A stretch of DNA of 62,956 nt, the filler included. It is 3 parts of 3 records of this genome, joined end to end, with 100 filler letters (N's around TTAATTAATTAA, not from the genome) between each part and the next. Parts side by side here need not be neighbours in the genome. Positions count along the whole stretch, not along the records: positions 45,633 to 62,956 come from DRR723986_8010; 2 more parts are not named here. One strand, 5' to 3'. Under the pieces are notes generated by a model, which did not search any database, was not told the origin of the DNA, and was given only the letters and a program-made list of their open reading frames with translations. The first letter of the stretch is position 1. Each line of letters begins with the position of its first letter. The position numbers and the translations under genes were made by a program. Shown piece by piece: positions 62,360 through 62,956 of this stretch.

Positions 62360-62476
62360 GCTATTGCTTCCCGTCATAAGTTCCCGGCGTCTCTTTTCCT
62401 AGCATAGAGGCCCGAGTATAACCAAAACCTTCAACTCGTCGCTGTAAACAGAGACGACTATGGACAAAACTGAAAC

Positions 62477-62492
62477 TGGCACACCTTTCGCT
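62477..62492 (+). promoter_or_regulatory. Sigma54-type promoter of the TPR gene
   Basis: TGGCAC-ACCTT-TCGCT with GG-N10-GC spacing. Confidence 0.55.
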
Positions 62493-62574
62493 TTAACTCT
62501 CTCAAACCCCGGCAAACCGTCAAAAAACTGCAGACCTTTGCCGCATCGGATATTGGCTGGTAACGAGGTGTTCC

Positions 62575-62956
62575 ATGCAAGTACAACATCATAACGCGCA
62601 TCTTTCCCGCTCCGTTCAGGCTCAGGTCGCGCGCCTGGTGCTCCAGGCAAACCTGGCGTACGGCGAGTCCAACAGCAACGGGCTCTCCTACATTCAGCGG
62701 CTGAAAGCGCGCAATGAATGCCGGGAATACCTGAATCAGGCGCTGGCGCTGGAGGCCGATCACGCAGCGGCCCTTGGCCTGCTCGGCCGAGTGGAGATGG
62801 ACGACGGCCAGCTTGAAAAGGCCCATGCCCTGTTCAATGCCAGTCTCAATCGGCAACCGGCGCAGGCCCAGCAATACTGCAACCTCGGCTATTGGGCACT
62901 GAAGAGCGAGCGCCCCGCCCTGGCGGAGGAGTATTTCCTGCAGGCACTGGAATGCG
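62575..62956 (+). CDS. TPR-repeat protein, 5' part (runs off the window)
   Basis: Hand translation after a GAGGTG RBS: MQVQHH...YLNQALALEADHAAALGLLGRV...YCNLGYWAL...AEEYFLQALE; open to the window end. Confidence 0.8.
   Translation, partial: MQVQHHNAHLSRSVQAQVARLVLQANLAYGESNSNGLSYIQRLKARNECREYLNQALALEADHAAALGLLGRVEMDDGQLEKAHALFNASLNRQPAQAQQYCNLGYWALKSERPALAEEYFLQALEC

Noticed and set aside
62458-62874. 138-aa minus-strand ORF
   Set aside because: It is the antisense shadow of the plus-strand TPR gene starting at 62575.

Overview
The window is not one genome. Two artificial linkers (N-run, TTAATTAATTAA, N-run) at 14430-14529 and 45533-45632 join three unrelated contigs. Contig 1 (1-14429) is Rhodobacteraceae/Roseobacter-like housekeeping DNA: partial accD, a CPBP protease, an ABC transporter with a cNMP-binding domain and degenerate ATPase motifs, ilvD, an ECF sigma/anti-sigma pair, ctpA-envC-gpmI and the start of polA. 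Contig 2 (14530-45532) looks like an FCB-group bacterium, possibly Kapabacteria/Ignavibacteria-like (inferred from T9SS C-terminal domains and a TTTG/TAnnTTTG promoter). It carries a P-loop kinase plus mrr, CIRCE-controlled groESL, a 2113-aa T9SS protein with two cohesin-like modules, a dockerin and two LamG domains, a sigma28-type motB-fliW-csrA-response regulator operon, a BNR-repeat T9SS protein, a MacAB-TolC-type exporter, an HDAC-family gene and a truncated tRNA-Gln. Contig 3 (45633-62956) is a Marinobacter-like flagellin glycosylation island: fliD start, flaG, a sigma28 flagellin, an FgtA-like glycosyltransferase, vioA/wbqC/methyltransferases, an inverted second flagellin with a FleQ-IHF-sigma54 promoter, rmlBDAC and a partial TPR gene. 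The most interesting candidates are the cohesin+dockerin surface protein with its flagellin-like regulatory leader, a K-x3-D-x-V-L-[AG] motif shared by both T9SS proteins, and the two differently regulated flagellins around an unusual viosamine pathway. No CRISPR array or intact mobile element was seen. All calls come from reading motifs by eye; no database searches were run.
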